NCBI GenBank assembly: GCA_964589285.1
Contig: CAZPSP010000001.1
Location: 1-52,478 of the forward strand
Direction: 5' to 3'
Length of the DNA: 52,478 nucleotides
Source of the DNA: an uncultured Dehalococcoidaceae bacterium
GTDB lineage: Bacteria > Chloroflexota > Dehalococcoidia > Dehalococcoidales > RBG-16-60-22
Shown: piece after piece, positions 1 through 8,659 of the stretch
Position numbering within the stretch: the stretch's first letter is position 1
Layout of the letters: each line of letters begins with the position of its first letter
Notes under the pieces: generated by a model
The model's database searches: none
What the model saw: the letters and a program-made list of their open reading frames with translations, nothing else
Told to the model about the DNA's origin: nothing
Position numbers and translations under genes: made by a program

Positions 1-212
1 TCTGCATCCTTATGTATGTGCGGCGGATGTCCAACTCTTACCTTGCCGGAGGAAGGGCTAACTGCCTGTGGCAGGTTCCAATGGACCCAATAGAAATTAC
101 TTCCTTCAAAAGCGCCATGATCTATACGCGCAACATCGGCACGTCCGCGTTCAATTTCTTCCGGGGTTGCCCGATAGGTTTTAAAGTACTTCCCGTATTT
201 CGTTTCAGTCAT
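1..212 (-). CDS. small cupin-like protein, partial (C-terminus runs off the left edge)
   Basis: Not in the ORF track because it is open at the edge. My minus-strand translation from the ATG at 212-210 reads MTETKYGKYFKTYRATPEEIERGRADVARIDHGAFEGSNFYWVHWNLPQAVSPSSGKVRVGHPPHIHKDA... An AAGGAA SD sits about 8 nt upstream. It has an HxH-type metal motif, and its N-terminus parallels the 26132..26608 protein. Confidence 0.55.
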   Translation of the reverse strand, partial: MTETKYGKYFKTYRATPEEIERGRADVARIDHGAFEGSNFYWVHWNLPQAVSPSSGKVRVGHPPHIHKDA

Positions 213-407
213 TTTCCATTTCCTTTCTTTACTCAATTTTCGGCGTTCTCTCATTTAAACATATCGATTTTCCTATTTCAATCACACAAAATCAATTTAA
301 TACCGGCTGCAGCCACCTGCTATAAACCTGTTGATTACCGTTGATGATAGCGGTAAAATTGGCTAAGTTTGAAACGTTTGGCTCATTTTGCAGTCTGAGG
401 AGAGTAT

Positions 408-1283
408 ATGCTGGCACAGGTTATCCTGACCCCCGCGGAATCGAAAAAACTCGTTTCCCTCGCTATCGCCCGAATGGACATTATCAAACGGGCTGCGCGG
501 GACGGCATGGTCATCATGCATCCCAGCAGCAGCACCTACTTTATTTTTGAAGAACTGACCGGGATGAAACCAAAAACCAACTACTGGGTATGCGGTGTCG
601 TCGCTCCGAGAGGCACCTGCGTGGAGATGGCGATGCTGTTCGGCGGCCACTCTCCTTCGCCGGAAAACTATAATCCGCGGGATCTTCGCGGCCTTTGGGC
701 GATCAGGAAAGGAGAGGTAATCCTTGAAGCAACCCTCTCCGAATTACTTGAGCAGATGACCGCTGATGACGTCTACATCAAGGGAGTGAACGCGCTGGAT
801 ACGCAGGGCAATGCCGGCATCTTGATTGGAGAACCCGTGCAGGGCGGCGCCCTGGGAGTGGTCCTCTCAGCCTGGAGAAAGAAAAGGTTCACCTTCATCT
901 ACCCCGCGGGGCTGGAGAAACTGATACCCATTCCCGTCGACCAGGCGGCAAGAGAAGCAAAGAAAGCTCACTACGAATACGGTATGGGCCTTCCCGCCGG
1001 TCTCTTCCCCTGCCCGGAAGGCAAGGTCATCACCGAGATTAACGCGGTTGAACTCTTGAGCGGGGCGGCGGCGATACCGATAGCTGCGGGCGGCCTGGGC
1101 GGCGCCGAAGGAGCGGCGACGCTCGTCATCAAGGGGACCGACGAACAGGTTAGATGCGCCATAGAATACATCGAGCGTTCCAAGGGGACAAGGCTGCCCC
1201 CGTTACGCCTCTGTAATTGCAGCGATTGCCCGGTCCCTGACTGCAAATTCCCGCTGGGAGATAAGCACTGGGTAACAGGGTAG
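408..1283 (+). CDS. hypothetical protein with C-terminal Cys cluster (CNCSDCPVPDC)
   Basis: 291-aa track ORF with a GAGGAG SD 5 nt upstream of the ATG. The central segment VYIKGVNALDTQGNAGILIG...FIYPAGLEKLIP loosely resembles NagB/RpiA/LUD-type folds. No confident family assignment. Confidence 0.75.
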   Translation: MLAQVILTPAESKKLVSLAIARMDIIKRAARDGMVIMHPSSSTYFIFEELTGMKPKTNYWVCGVVAPRGTCVEMAMLFGGHSPSPENYNPRDLRGLWAIRKGEVILEATLSELLEQMTADDVYIKGVNALDTQGNAGILIGEPVQGGALGVVLSAWRKKRFTFIYPAGLEKLIPIPVDQAAREAKKAHYEYGMGLPAGLFPCPEGKVITEINAVELLSGAAAIPIAAGGLGGAEGAATLVIKGTDEQVRCAIEYIERSKGTRLPPLRLCNCSDCPVPDCKFPLGDKHWVTG

Positions 1284-1313
1284 AAGAAAGCGGAAAGGAT
1301 TTTTTGCTGGAAG

Positions 1314-2021
1314 CTACTGTTCCGCGCGGAACGGCGTAAAAGCCTGCAGCCTTTCGCTGCAGTACTCACGCAGCATCGCTTCCCGGTCACGGATGGCGGT
1401 CTCCCGCAAAACACCGTCACTCAGTGTGAAGAGCCGGTTACCCAGCCGGAGCGCCTCCATGATGTCATGCGTCACGTAGACGACCGTGGTATGGTGCTCC
1501 TCCAGTATCTCGCCGAGCATGGCGAGCAGCGAGTCCGTCATCTCCGTATCCAGGCTGCTGAAAGGCTCGTCCATGAGGATGACCTGCGGTTCTATGGCAA
1601 AGGCCCGGGCAATCGATACTCGCTGCACCATGCCGCCGCTGAGCTGCCCCGGATAGTATCCGGCGTAGTCCGCCAGCCCGACCTGTTCCAGCCACCGGGA
1701 GGCACTCTCCCTGGCCTCTGACTTGTTCCGGCCCAGCGCGCGCAGCACCAGCGCCACGTTTTCCCGCGCGGTATTCCAGGGGAGCAGGCGGTGGTCCTGG
1801 AACACAAACCCCGTCCGTTCTCCATCCGTCCGTATCGCACCTGAATCCGGTTTCAGCGTCCCGGCTATCAGCCTGAGCAGCGTCGTCTTCCCGGAGCCGG
1901 AAGGCCCGGTCAGCGTGACGATCTCGTTTTTCCCCACCGTAAAGCTGATATCGGCCAGGACCGGCTTGCCGTTGAAGGACCTGGAAACATGTTCGAAGCT
2001 GATCATGTCGCCCTCTGCCAT
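1314..2021 (-). CDS. ABC transporter ATP-binding protein (NitT/TauT nitrate/sulfonate/taurine-type)
   Basis: Walker A GPSGSGKTT, ABC signature LSGGMVQR, Walker B ILMDEPFSSLD. It overlaps the permease gene end by 19 nt. Confidence 0.9.
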   Translation of the reverse strand: MAEGDMISFEHVSRSFNGKPVLADISFTVGKNEIVTLTGPSGSGKTTLLRLIAGTLKPDSGAIRTDGERTGFVFQDHRLLPWNTARENVALVLRALGRNKSEARESASRWLEQVGLADYAGYYPGQLSGGMVQRVSIARAFAIEPQVILMDEPFSSLDTEMTDSLLAMLGEILEEHHTTVVYVTHDIMEALRLGNRLFTLSDGVLRETAIRDREAMLREYCSERLQAFTPFRAEQ

Positions 2022-2806
2022 CGCAGGAGAATACGCCTTAAAGGACGCAGCAGCCCGAACTCGATGAGCGCCAGCAAGCCGAACGTCAGGATGATCCAGG
2101 CGAACAGTTCCGGCGTCTCCAGGTGGGTCCAGGACAGGTAGATGCCGTGTCCGATGCCGTTATTCGCGCCCAGGAATTCGGCGAGGATGGCTGCCCTCAC
2201 GCCGATGCCGGCTGCCAGCGTCAACCCGGCCATGACCGCCGTACCGATGCCGGGAAGGTAAATGTGACTGAACCGCAGGTTGCGCGGCAGACGATAGACC
2301 TGCGCCATCTCGATAAGCCGCCGGTCGATGGCCTGCATTCCCTCCACCGTGCTGACATAAGTGAACGGCAGGGTGATCAAGCCGGTCATGGCGATGACCT
2401 GGGTGCTGCCCAGGCCGAAAAGCAGCAGCACGATAACGAGGATGATGATGGACGGCACGGTCATCACCACCCAGCGTAACGGTTCCAGGAAAGCCTGCCA
2501 GCGCCGGTTCAGTCCCGCGGCAATGCCCAGCAGCCCGCCCGCGACGCTGCCCCCGATGACACCCAACAGTATCCTGCTCAAGGTGATGCCGAGCTGCTCC
2601 CACAGGTTGGCGGTAGTGACGAGGTCCCACAGTGCCCTGGCGGTACCCGCGGGGGAGGCGATGATGATATCCGGCAGGGTCATGGAAAGGACCTGCCAAA
2701 TAAGAAAAAGCGCCGCAACGCCGAGAATGATGAAGCCGACAGACGAGGAAGACTTCCCATCCCCGGCGGTCCCTTTATTCCTGGCTTCCATAATAGAAAG
2801 CACCAT
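2003..2806 (-). CDS. ABC transporter permease (NitT/TauT family)
   Basis: 267-aa polytopic membrane protein that overlaps both flanking ABC genes (operon). It has a binding-protein-dependent permease pattern around IDRRLIEMAQVYRLP. Confidence 0.85.
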   Translation of the reverse strand: MVLSIMEARNKGTAGDGKSSSSVGFIILGVAALFLIWQVLSMTLPDIIIASPAGTARALWDLVTTANLWEQLGITLSRILLGVIGGSVAGGLLGIAAGLNRRWQAFLEPLRWVVMTVPSIIILVIVLLLFGLGSTQVIAMTGLITLPFTYVSTVEGMQAIDRRLIEMAQVYRLPRNLRFSHIYLPGIGTAVMAGLTLAAGIGVRAAILAEFLGANNGIGHGIYLSWTHLETPELFAWIILTFGLLALIEFGLLRPLRRILLRWQRAT

Positions 2807-3770
2807 CCGGAAGCTTGCCCCCGATATAGTCCGGTGAAAGCTCCATCAGGGCGGTGAAAAAGTCCTGGATGTCATTCCGCGCATCTTCCGCAGGAACGTA
2901 ATCCCAGGTGATACGCTGCATGGATTCTGTCAATACCTCGGCGGTGAAACCCTGCTCGGCCAGCACCCTGGCGCCGAGTTCGCCGGCCTCCCCGGGATGG
3001 TCCAGCATCCACTCGATGGCTCTTTCGTACTCCTCGCGGAACCGCCGGACGACCTCGTCATTCTCCTTCATCGTCCCCAGGACCACCGTTCCGGCGATAG
3101 CGGAACGGCTGTCCCCTCCGGAGACAGTTTGCCATTCCGCGCCCATATTCAGGTTACGGTACAGGGTAATTCCGGAAGCGGCGGCCCGGTTGAGCACGGA
3201 CGTTGCGGACGGCTCGGACAACAATGCGTAGTGCTCCTGCCCGGAGAGGAGCAACTGCGAGGCCTGGACGGGGTCCGGCGCGTAGTAGATATCGATGTCC
3301 GTTTCCGGATCGACTCCTTCACTGGCGAGGACGTACTGGAAAACAGCATCCGGAACGGCCCCCTGGTACGGGACCACCACCGTTTTCCCGGCCAGGTCTG
3401 CGGCTGAACCGATGTCCGGATCGGTGCTGACAAGGAACAAGATATTCCAGATGGAACAGTCCAGTAATTGCAGGCCGATACCTTTATTGTAAAACGTTGC
3501 CGCGGAGGTGGTGGGCAGGGAAAGGAAGTCCCCCTGTCCTCCGGCGATGATAGCCTGGAGCTGGGTGGGCGTGGACCAGATGGTCAGCGTTGTTTCTTCC
3601 GCCACATCGCCAAGGCTGTTATTTTCCGCCATATATGCGAGGGGAATAGAGAGCGGGCCGATGGTCCCGACCAGCCGCACGGTCTCCAGCTTCTCCCCCT
3701 GTCCGGAAGAACACCCCGATAGGAGGGATATCAGCAGGACGATAATCAACCCTGATACTGTATATTTCAT
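2775..3770 (-). CDS. ABC transporter substrate-binding lipoprotein (NMT1/SsuA-like)
   Basis: Signal peptide with lipobox LLSGC. About 330-aa periplasmic binding-protein-like sequence, and the first gene of the three-gene ABC operon. Confidence 0.8.
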   Translation of the reverse strand: MKYTVSGLIIVLLISLLSGCSSGQGEKLETVRLVGTIGPLSIPLAYMAENNSLGDVAEETTLTIWSTPTQLQAIIAGGQGDFLSLPTTSAATFYNKGIGLQLLDCSIWNILFLVSTDPDIGSAADLAGKTVVVPYQGAVPDAVFQYVLASEGVDPETDIDIYYAPDPVQASQLLLSGQEHYALLSEPSATSVLNRAAASGITLYRNLNMGAEWQTVSGGDSRSAIAGTVVLGTMKENDEVVRRFREEYERAIEWMLDHPGEAGELGARVLAEQGFTAEVLTESMQRITWDYVPAEDARNDIQDFFTALMELSPDYIGGKLPDGAFYYGSQE

Positions 3771-3883
3771 TTTCCCGCCGGTTTTCTGAACGCTGTCCCA
3801 ATTCCATTATAATATGAAACCGTGTCCGGCGCGAACAGAAAACCCGGAGAAGGTAGCAACCGCGGCTGTTTTCCAGCCTGGTG

Positions 3884-6211
3884 TCAGCTTCTGATAAGGT
3901 AACTTACCGTGCCCCCAAAGGTCGCGTCATGGCGGAAGGATAATATGATGTAGATGATATTGTAAACGTCCAGCGGTGTTCCTGTCTCGAAGGCCGCGGA
4001 CGTATCCCCGGCCTGGACGTATGCCGAGATGTCAAAGGTATCGAGGTCGATGCCGTTGATATTCGGGTTGTCCAGCGTGTTCGAATATGAGTTGAAGATA
4101 TTGTTCGCGGGGTTCACACCGTCGCTGAGGACATTATCGTTCAGGCTGACATAGTCTCCGGTGTAGAAGGGGTCGCCTTCTCCGACGAAGCAGGTCAGGC
4201 GGCTGCCGGCCGGATTGGGAGGGGTCAGGAAGCCGGTGATCGGAAGGTTGACCGTATCGCCACCGCCCACGTACGTGAAATCATCATAGAGGTAGAGCTG
4301 ATGTCCAACCGTCTCCGGGCTCGTATAGATGAGTATCAGCGACCACCCGGCATAAGCCCATTCCCGGTAGCCCGTGCTCGTATTGGGAATGCCCAGCGGG
4401 TAACCGGTGCTGCCGCTCGGATAAAGGCTGACGGAATAACCGGGATCGTCCGGCCTGGTTCTCAGGACATGCCCGAGAGTATAGGTACCGCTGCCGTTCA
4501 TCCCGAGCTGGCCGTTATCTATCATGGTATTGATAAGGCCGGTGGCGTCATAGAAGCAGGAATAGGAATAGGTGCTTCCTGCGTTCTGGTCTACCTGCTG
4601 GCGGTCCGCGACGATTTCCTGCCCGTTGAACATGACGCGGTTGACCCCGAAATCTTCCTTAAATATCCGTATATTGTCGATATAAGCGCACTCGTCACCA
4701 AAATAGTCCGAACCATTAAAACCATCCAGATAGAACCTTAACCGGAAGCCGTCCGTCAGGAAACCGTCCGGAATCGTCCCGCTAAAGTCATTGACCGATG
4801 CGCCGCCCTGGAAGGCAGTGCTCATACTGCTCCAGGTCACGCCGTCATTGGCGGAAAACGAATACCGCAGCCGGTCTTCGAATTCGAGCCAACCGCCTGA
4901 GGACTGTTCCCAGGATATCTTGACTTCGGTACCCTGGTACGCGCTGAGGTCGACGCTGTAGTCCATCTGGAGATACCGGTCTGTTTCTTCATGGTCCGAG
5001 TCATGATGCCCCCGGAACTCACCATCATGGACGTCCCAGTCCGCGCCGATTATCCAGCCGATGGACTGCTGTTCCTCAATAACGATATCGGAGACGGCAT
5101 CGCTGAAAATATCAACCTCATGAATGTTGTCTATCCAGCCGGACCAGTACAGTCTCGCGGATTGAATGGTAGCCGTATCCGGCAGGTCGTTCTCAGCGAC
5201 GATGGCATTGCTCTCACTGAACAGGCGGTCGCGGTAACGTTCGTTCCAGGTCGTGGTCATGAGGGTATTTCCGATAGCCAGGTAGTCTCCGTTCACCGCG
5301 GAATCGAGTTCTCTGACCTCGCTTTTTCCTACGTAGATTTCCACGCAGGCTTCCCCGGCACGGCCGGTGATATGGAAGATACGTGTATCGGCATCCCAGG
5401 TAAAAGGAACATCCGGGGCGCCGCTGGTGGTGACCCAGGAGACCGCGGCCGGTCTCTGGTCCGGTTCCTGAGCCGTATAATCGAACGTTATCGTACTGAT
5501 GATCGAGGCGCCTTCAGAACTCACGTCCGGCCCGAATTCCTCAATGGGGACCGACCAGAAATGCCACAACACGGCCTCGCCGCTGGCATGAGGAAATACC
5601 TCGACGGAGTGCGGATAGTACGACGCGCCCGAATCCTCTTCCAAATTGCTGCTTCCCTCGACGTAACTGAAACCAGGCGGCAGCCACACTCCCAGGGTCT
5701 CTATTGCAGGTTCGTTGATACCGTCCGTGAAGAAACTGAGCCGTAACTGATAGGTGCTGCTTTCCGGCGGCGCTCCGCCGGACAACATCAGGAGCCCGTT
5801 TTCAATGATGGTCCTGGCTTCCAGATCGCCGGGAGCGGCGATGTTGCTCGGGAGCCAGACATTGTCCACTTCGACATTAACTTCATAGCCGTTGACCGGC
5901 GCTTCGAGGGTATAGTTCCAGCTCGATTGGAAATCATACTCCTGGTATGAAGACCCGAACACGGTGCTAAAATTGTCATACCTCGCATACCAGATACCGT
6001 CGTTGATGCCGGATTCAGCGGCGTAGATCTGGCGAGTATTATCTTCGAATATCATCCCGGTCTTGAAACCGGTACCCACATAGGAAAGTACGGGCGGGAC
6101 GACCAGAGTCGCCAGCGCCATGAAAACCAGGACGAGCGCCATGGCAGCTCCGGCCTCGTTCTTCCGGAACCTGTTCCAGACTGTTCGTACTTTATTATAC
6201 AATGCGTTCAT
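3884..6211 (-). CDS. large PilX-N-like pilus-associated protein (775 aa), last gene of the pilus operon
   Basis: The N-terminus KNEAGAAMALVLVFMALATLVVPPVL resembles the PilX N-terminal hydrophobic segment and lacks a canonical G/FTLIE cleavage motif. The rest is predicted extracellular. It starts 3 nt after the upstream prepilin gene. Confidence 0.8.
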   Translation of the reverse strand: MNALYNKVRTVWNRFRKNEAGAAMALVLVFMALATLVVPPVLSYVGTGFKTGMIFEDNTRQIYAAESGINDGIWYARYDNFSTVFGSSYQEYDFQSSWNYTLEAPVNGYEVNVEVDNVWLPSNIAAPGDLEARTIIENGLLMLSGGAPPESSTYQLRLSFFTDGINEPAIETLGVWLPPGFSYVEGSSNLEEDSGASYYPHSVEVFPHASGEAVLWHFWSVPIEEFGPDVSSEGASIISTITFDYTAQEPDQRPAAVSWVTTSGAPDVPFTWDADTRIFHITGRAGEACVEIYVGKSEVRELDSAVNGDYLAIGNTLMTTTWNERYRDRLFSESNAIVAENDLPDTATIQSARLYWSGWIDNIHEVDIFSDAVSDIVIEEQQSIGWIIGADWDVHDGEFRGHHDSDHEETDRYLQMDYSVDLSAYQGTEVKISWEQSSGGWLEFEDRLRYSFSANDGVTWSSMSTAFQGGASVNDFSGTIPDGFLTDGFRLRFYLDGFNGSDYFGDECAYIDNIRIFKEDFGVNRVMFNGQEIVADRQQVDQNAGSTYSYSCFYDATGLINTMIDNGQLGMNGSGTYTLGHVLRTRPDDPGYSVSLYPSGSTGYPLGIPNTSTGYREWAYAGWSLILIYTSPETVGHQLYLYDDFTYVGGGDTVNLPITGFLTPPNPAGSRLTCFVGEGDPFYTGDYVSLNDNVLSDGVNPANNIFNSYSNTLDNPNINGIDLDTFDISAYVQAGDTSAAFETGTPLDVYNIIYIILSFRHDATFGGTVSYLIRS

Positions 6212-6213
6212 AG

Positions 6214-7008
6214 TTACATGCGTGACCGTGGGAAAAAGAGTGAGATCCTGGTCTCGCTCTTTTGCGAATTGTTCCCGCCGAGCGTGGTGAGTTGTACCAT
6301 CACGGCGTTGCCGGTCAGTGTTGCATCGTTATCGGCGTCGGAAGTCAAGCCGACCAGCGCATTCATTTCAGAAGACGTCCAGATGCCGCGCGTATTCTGT
6401 GAGGCAGCCGCCACAAGTATTCTACCGTCACCAGCTGCGGCCCATGTATCGGAATCCCGTGTCGCATTCCCGCTCAATGCCACCGTTATGTTTCCGGAAT
6501 TCGTGACCAGCAGCCCGTTATCCCCGGCCATACCAGCATAGATGGTAAATGAATCCCCGGCATCGGGAAGATGGAATGATCCTTTGTCCATATAATGGCA
6601 TTGGGAGGCTGAAGAAGTATCCACATACATCGCAACGACGGTCTGAATCGTTTCACCGCCGTTCTTGGTTAGCGTCCGTACCAGGTCAGTGCCCGCCATG
6701 GTGTAATTGATGGAATACGTCGTCCCGTCCCATTGGATCCATTGGAGATGGATGGGGAACCCGTTATCTTCACCCAGTTTAACGGTCTGCGCTTGCGGGA
6801 TATCTTTCGCCAGCCACTGCATGGCGTTCTCCACCTGCTTGATGGCGGTGACATATTCCGAGCTGTTGGCTCCGACCCGTATCGTTTGCGTGATGCCGGC
6901 GTTGATGGCCACGGTGAGCAGCCCGAGGATTGCTATAACGACAAGCAACTCAATGAGCGTATATCCTGCCTGGCGGCTGAAAAGGGCCAATAATCTGCGT
7001 GTTTTCAT
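6214..7008 (-). CDS. type IV prepilin / pseudopilin (264 aa)
   Basis: Prepilin N-terminal cleavage/methylation motif RQAG-YTLIELLVVIAILGLL. It overlaps the upstream prepilin gene by 4 nt. Confidence 0.88.
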   Translation of the reverse strand: MKTRRLLALFSRQAGYTLIELLVVIAILGLLTVAINAGITQTIRVGANSSEYVTAIKQVENAMQWLAKDIPQAQTVKLGEDNGFPIHLQWIQWDGTTYSINYTMAGTDLVRTLTKNGGETIQTVVAMYVDTSSASQCHYMDKGSFHLPDAGDSFTIYAGMAGDNGLLVTNSGNITVALSGNATRDSDTWAAAGDGRILVAAASQNTRGIWTSSEMNALVGLTSDADNDATLTGNAVMVQLTTLGGNNSQKSETRISLFFPRSRM

Positions 7009-7460
7009 CGGTTCGCTTTAATGATTTCCAAGGTCGTGGATGGTTCCCCGTTGTGCCTGATGGTAACCACGATCTTTTCGATATTACCGAGACGGTAAGG
7101 CGTTACATCGATCGCCGCCGTATAGCCGGGAAACATTGCTGGGATCGGCGCCGGCGAGTAGCTCAGCGCGTACGGCTTCTTCATGACCGTCTCTATCTGG
7201 CTGCGCGCCAGTTCCTTAGCGATTTCCTGCTCGTCCGCGGCAGGGACCGCCCGGTAGATGCCCGTCATGCCTCCCATGAGAACGGAACCGATGATGCCCA
7301 GCAAGGCGATAGCGATGATCGTCTCAATGAGGGTAACACCCTTCTCCCGGCTATCCGCCTTATTGCCGATGCTTCCCGTATAACGGCGCAACGACCGGCG
7401 AAACCCTCTCAGTGCGCGGTACATGCCGTGCTTCATACTGCTGGACCTTTCCCGAAACAC
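7005..7460 (-). CDS. type IV prepilin-like protein (about 143-151 aa)
   Basis: Motif REKG-VTLIETIIAIALLGIIG. The start is ambiguous: either the GTG at 7460, overlapping the pilT stop by 1 nt, or the ATG at 7436, which has a GAAAGG SD. Confidence 0.8.
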   Translation of the reverse strand: MFRERSSSMKHGMYRALRGFRRSLRRYTGSIGNKADSREKGVTLIETIIAIALLGIIGSVLMGGMTGIYRAVPAADEQEIAKELARSQIETVMKKPYALSYSPAPIPAMFPGYTAAIDVTPYRLGNIEKIVVTIRHNGEPSTTLEIIKANR

Positions 7461-8638
7461 TAACTGGATGAACCGTTGCCGTGGCTATCTATGCCCGTTT
7501 TTTGAACGGCATCCCCGTCCGCTCTTGCCCGAAGACCGCCCAGGGTCCGGTTGGTGACCCGGGTCTTGGCTGTTTTCCCCTTCTCGATTTTATCCACGAG
7601 GTGGGCGGAATCATGGCAATAGAGCAAGGCATGTTCGCGGCTGATCACGCCTTCCTTGTATAAGGCGAAGACGGCGTTATCCAGGCTTTGCATGCCCGCT
7701 TCCGAAGAACTCTGGATTACGTTCATGATCTGGTAATTTTTCCTGGTACGGATCAGGTTACTGATCGCCTCTGATTCCAGCATGACCTCCACGGCGGCCA
7801 CCCGGCCGGGGCAGTCTACCCGTGGAATAAGCTGCTGGAACAGGATACCGCGCATCGTTGTGGCAAGCTGCAGCCGTACCTGGTCCTGCTGGTGGGCCGG
7901 AAATACATCAGTAATCCTGTCCAGGGCCTGAATGGCATTGGATGCGTGCAGCGTCGTCAGGACCAGATGACCGGTCTCGGCGGCTGTCAGGGTCGTTGCT
8001 ATCGTATCCAGGTCCCGCATCTCTCCCATGAGGATAACGTCCGGGTCCTGCCGCAGCGCCTGCCGCAGCGCGATATTGAAGGACTTTGTATCCGTCCCCA
8101 CCTGCCGCTGGGAAAAGGAACAGAGTATGTCCTGGTGAACGTACTCAATAGGGTCTTCGATGGTAATGATATTACGCCGGGTGTTCTGGTTCATGTACCC
8201 GATTATCGCGGCCAGGGTCGTCGACTTGCCGCTGCCGGACGGCCCGCAGATCATGACCAGACCGCTTTCATTCAAGGCCAGTGTTTTACAGACTTCCGGG
8301 AGACCGAGTTCTTCTATCGTAGGGATCCGTGTCTGTACCTGCCGGCAGGCCATGCAAATACTGCCGCGCTGCTGGTAGGCGCTGAAACGGAACCTCCCCA
8401 GCTTTTCATCCGCATAGCTGAAATCAAGTTCGAGTTCTTTAGCGAACGATTCGCGTTCCTGGGGCGTGGTGACCTGGGCGAACAATTCCTGTATATCATC
8501 TTCGGAGAGAGGCCCGTCGTCTTCCAGGTTCGACAATTGGCCGTCGATCCTGACCAGGGGCCGGGCATTCACCTTAAAATGAATGTCACTCGCGTTGAGT
8601 TCCTGAAGCCGGCTCAGAAAATGACTGATAGTTACCAT
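7460..8638 (-). CDS. pilT: type IV pilus retraction ATPase PilT
   Basis: N-terminus ASDIHFKVNARPLVRIDG, Walker A GPSGSGKST, the segment ITIEDPIEY, and a PilT-type size with a C-terminal tail of about 40 aa. Confidence 0.88.
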   Translation of the reverse strand: MVTISHFLSRLQELNASDIHFKVNARPLVRIDGQLSNLEDDGPLSEDDIQELFAQVTTPQERESFAKELELDFSYADEKLGRFRFSAYQQRGSICMACRQVQTRIPTIEELGLPEVCKTLALNESGLVMICGPSGSGKSTTLAAIIGYMNQNTRRNIITIEDPIEYVHQDILCSFSQRQVGTDTKSFNIALRQALRQDPDVILMGEMRDLDTIATTLTAAETGHLVLTTLHASNAIQALDRITDVFPAHQQDQVRLQLATTMRGILFQQLIPRVDCPGRVAAVEVMLESEAISNLIRTRKNYQIMNVIQSSSEAGMQSLDNAVFALYKEGVISREHALLYCHDSAHLVDKIEKGKTAKTRVTNRTLGGLRARADGDAVQKTGIDSHGNGSSS

Positions 8639-8659
8639 GGCGTTTCCGTTCCGGGTATG

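Noticed and set aside
12-344. 110-aa plus-strand ORF at the left edge
   Set aside because: It is antisense to a better-supported minus-strand gene (1..212) that has an SD and a cupin-like motif. Its translation is low-complexity and rich in F/S/I.
3771-3883. Terminator of the pilus operon or promoter of the ABC operon in the 113-bp spacer
   Set aside because: There is only a weak GAAAAC/GUUUUC pairing with a loop of about 24 nt, plus a TATAAT (3806-3811, minus strand) without a convincing -35. This is too weak to list as a feature.
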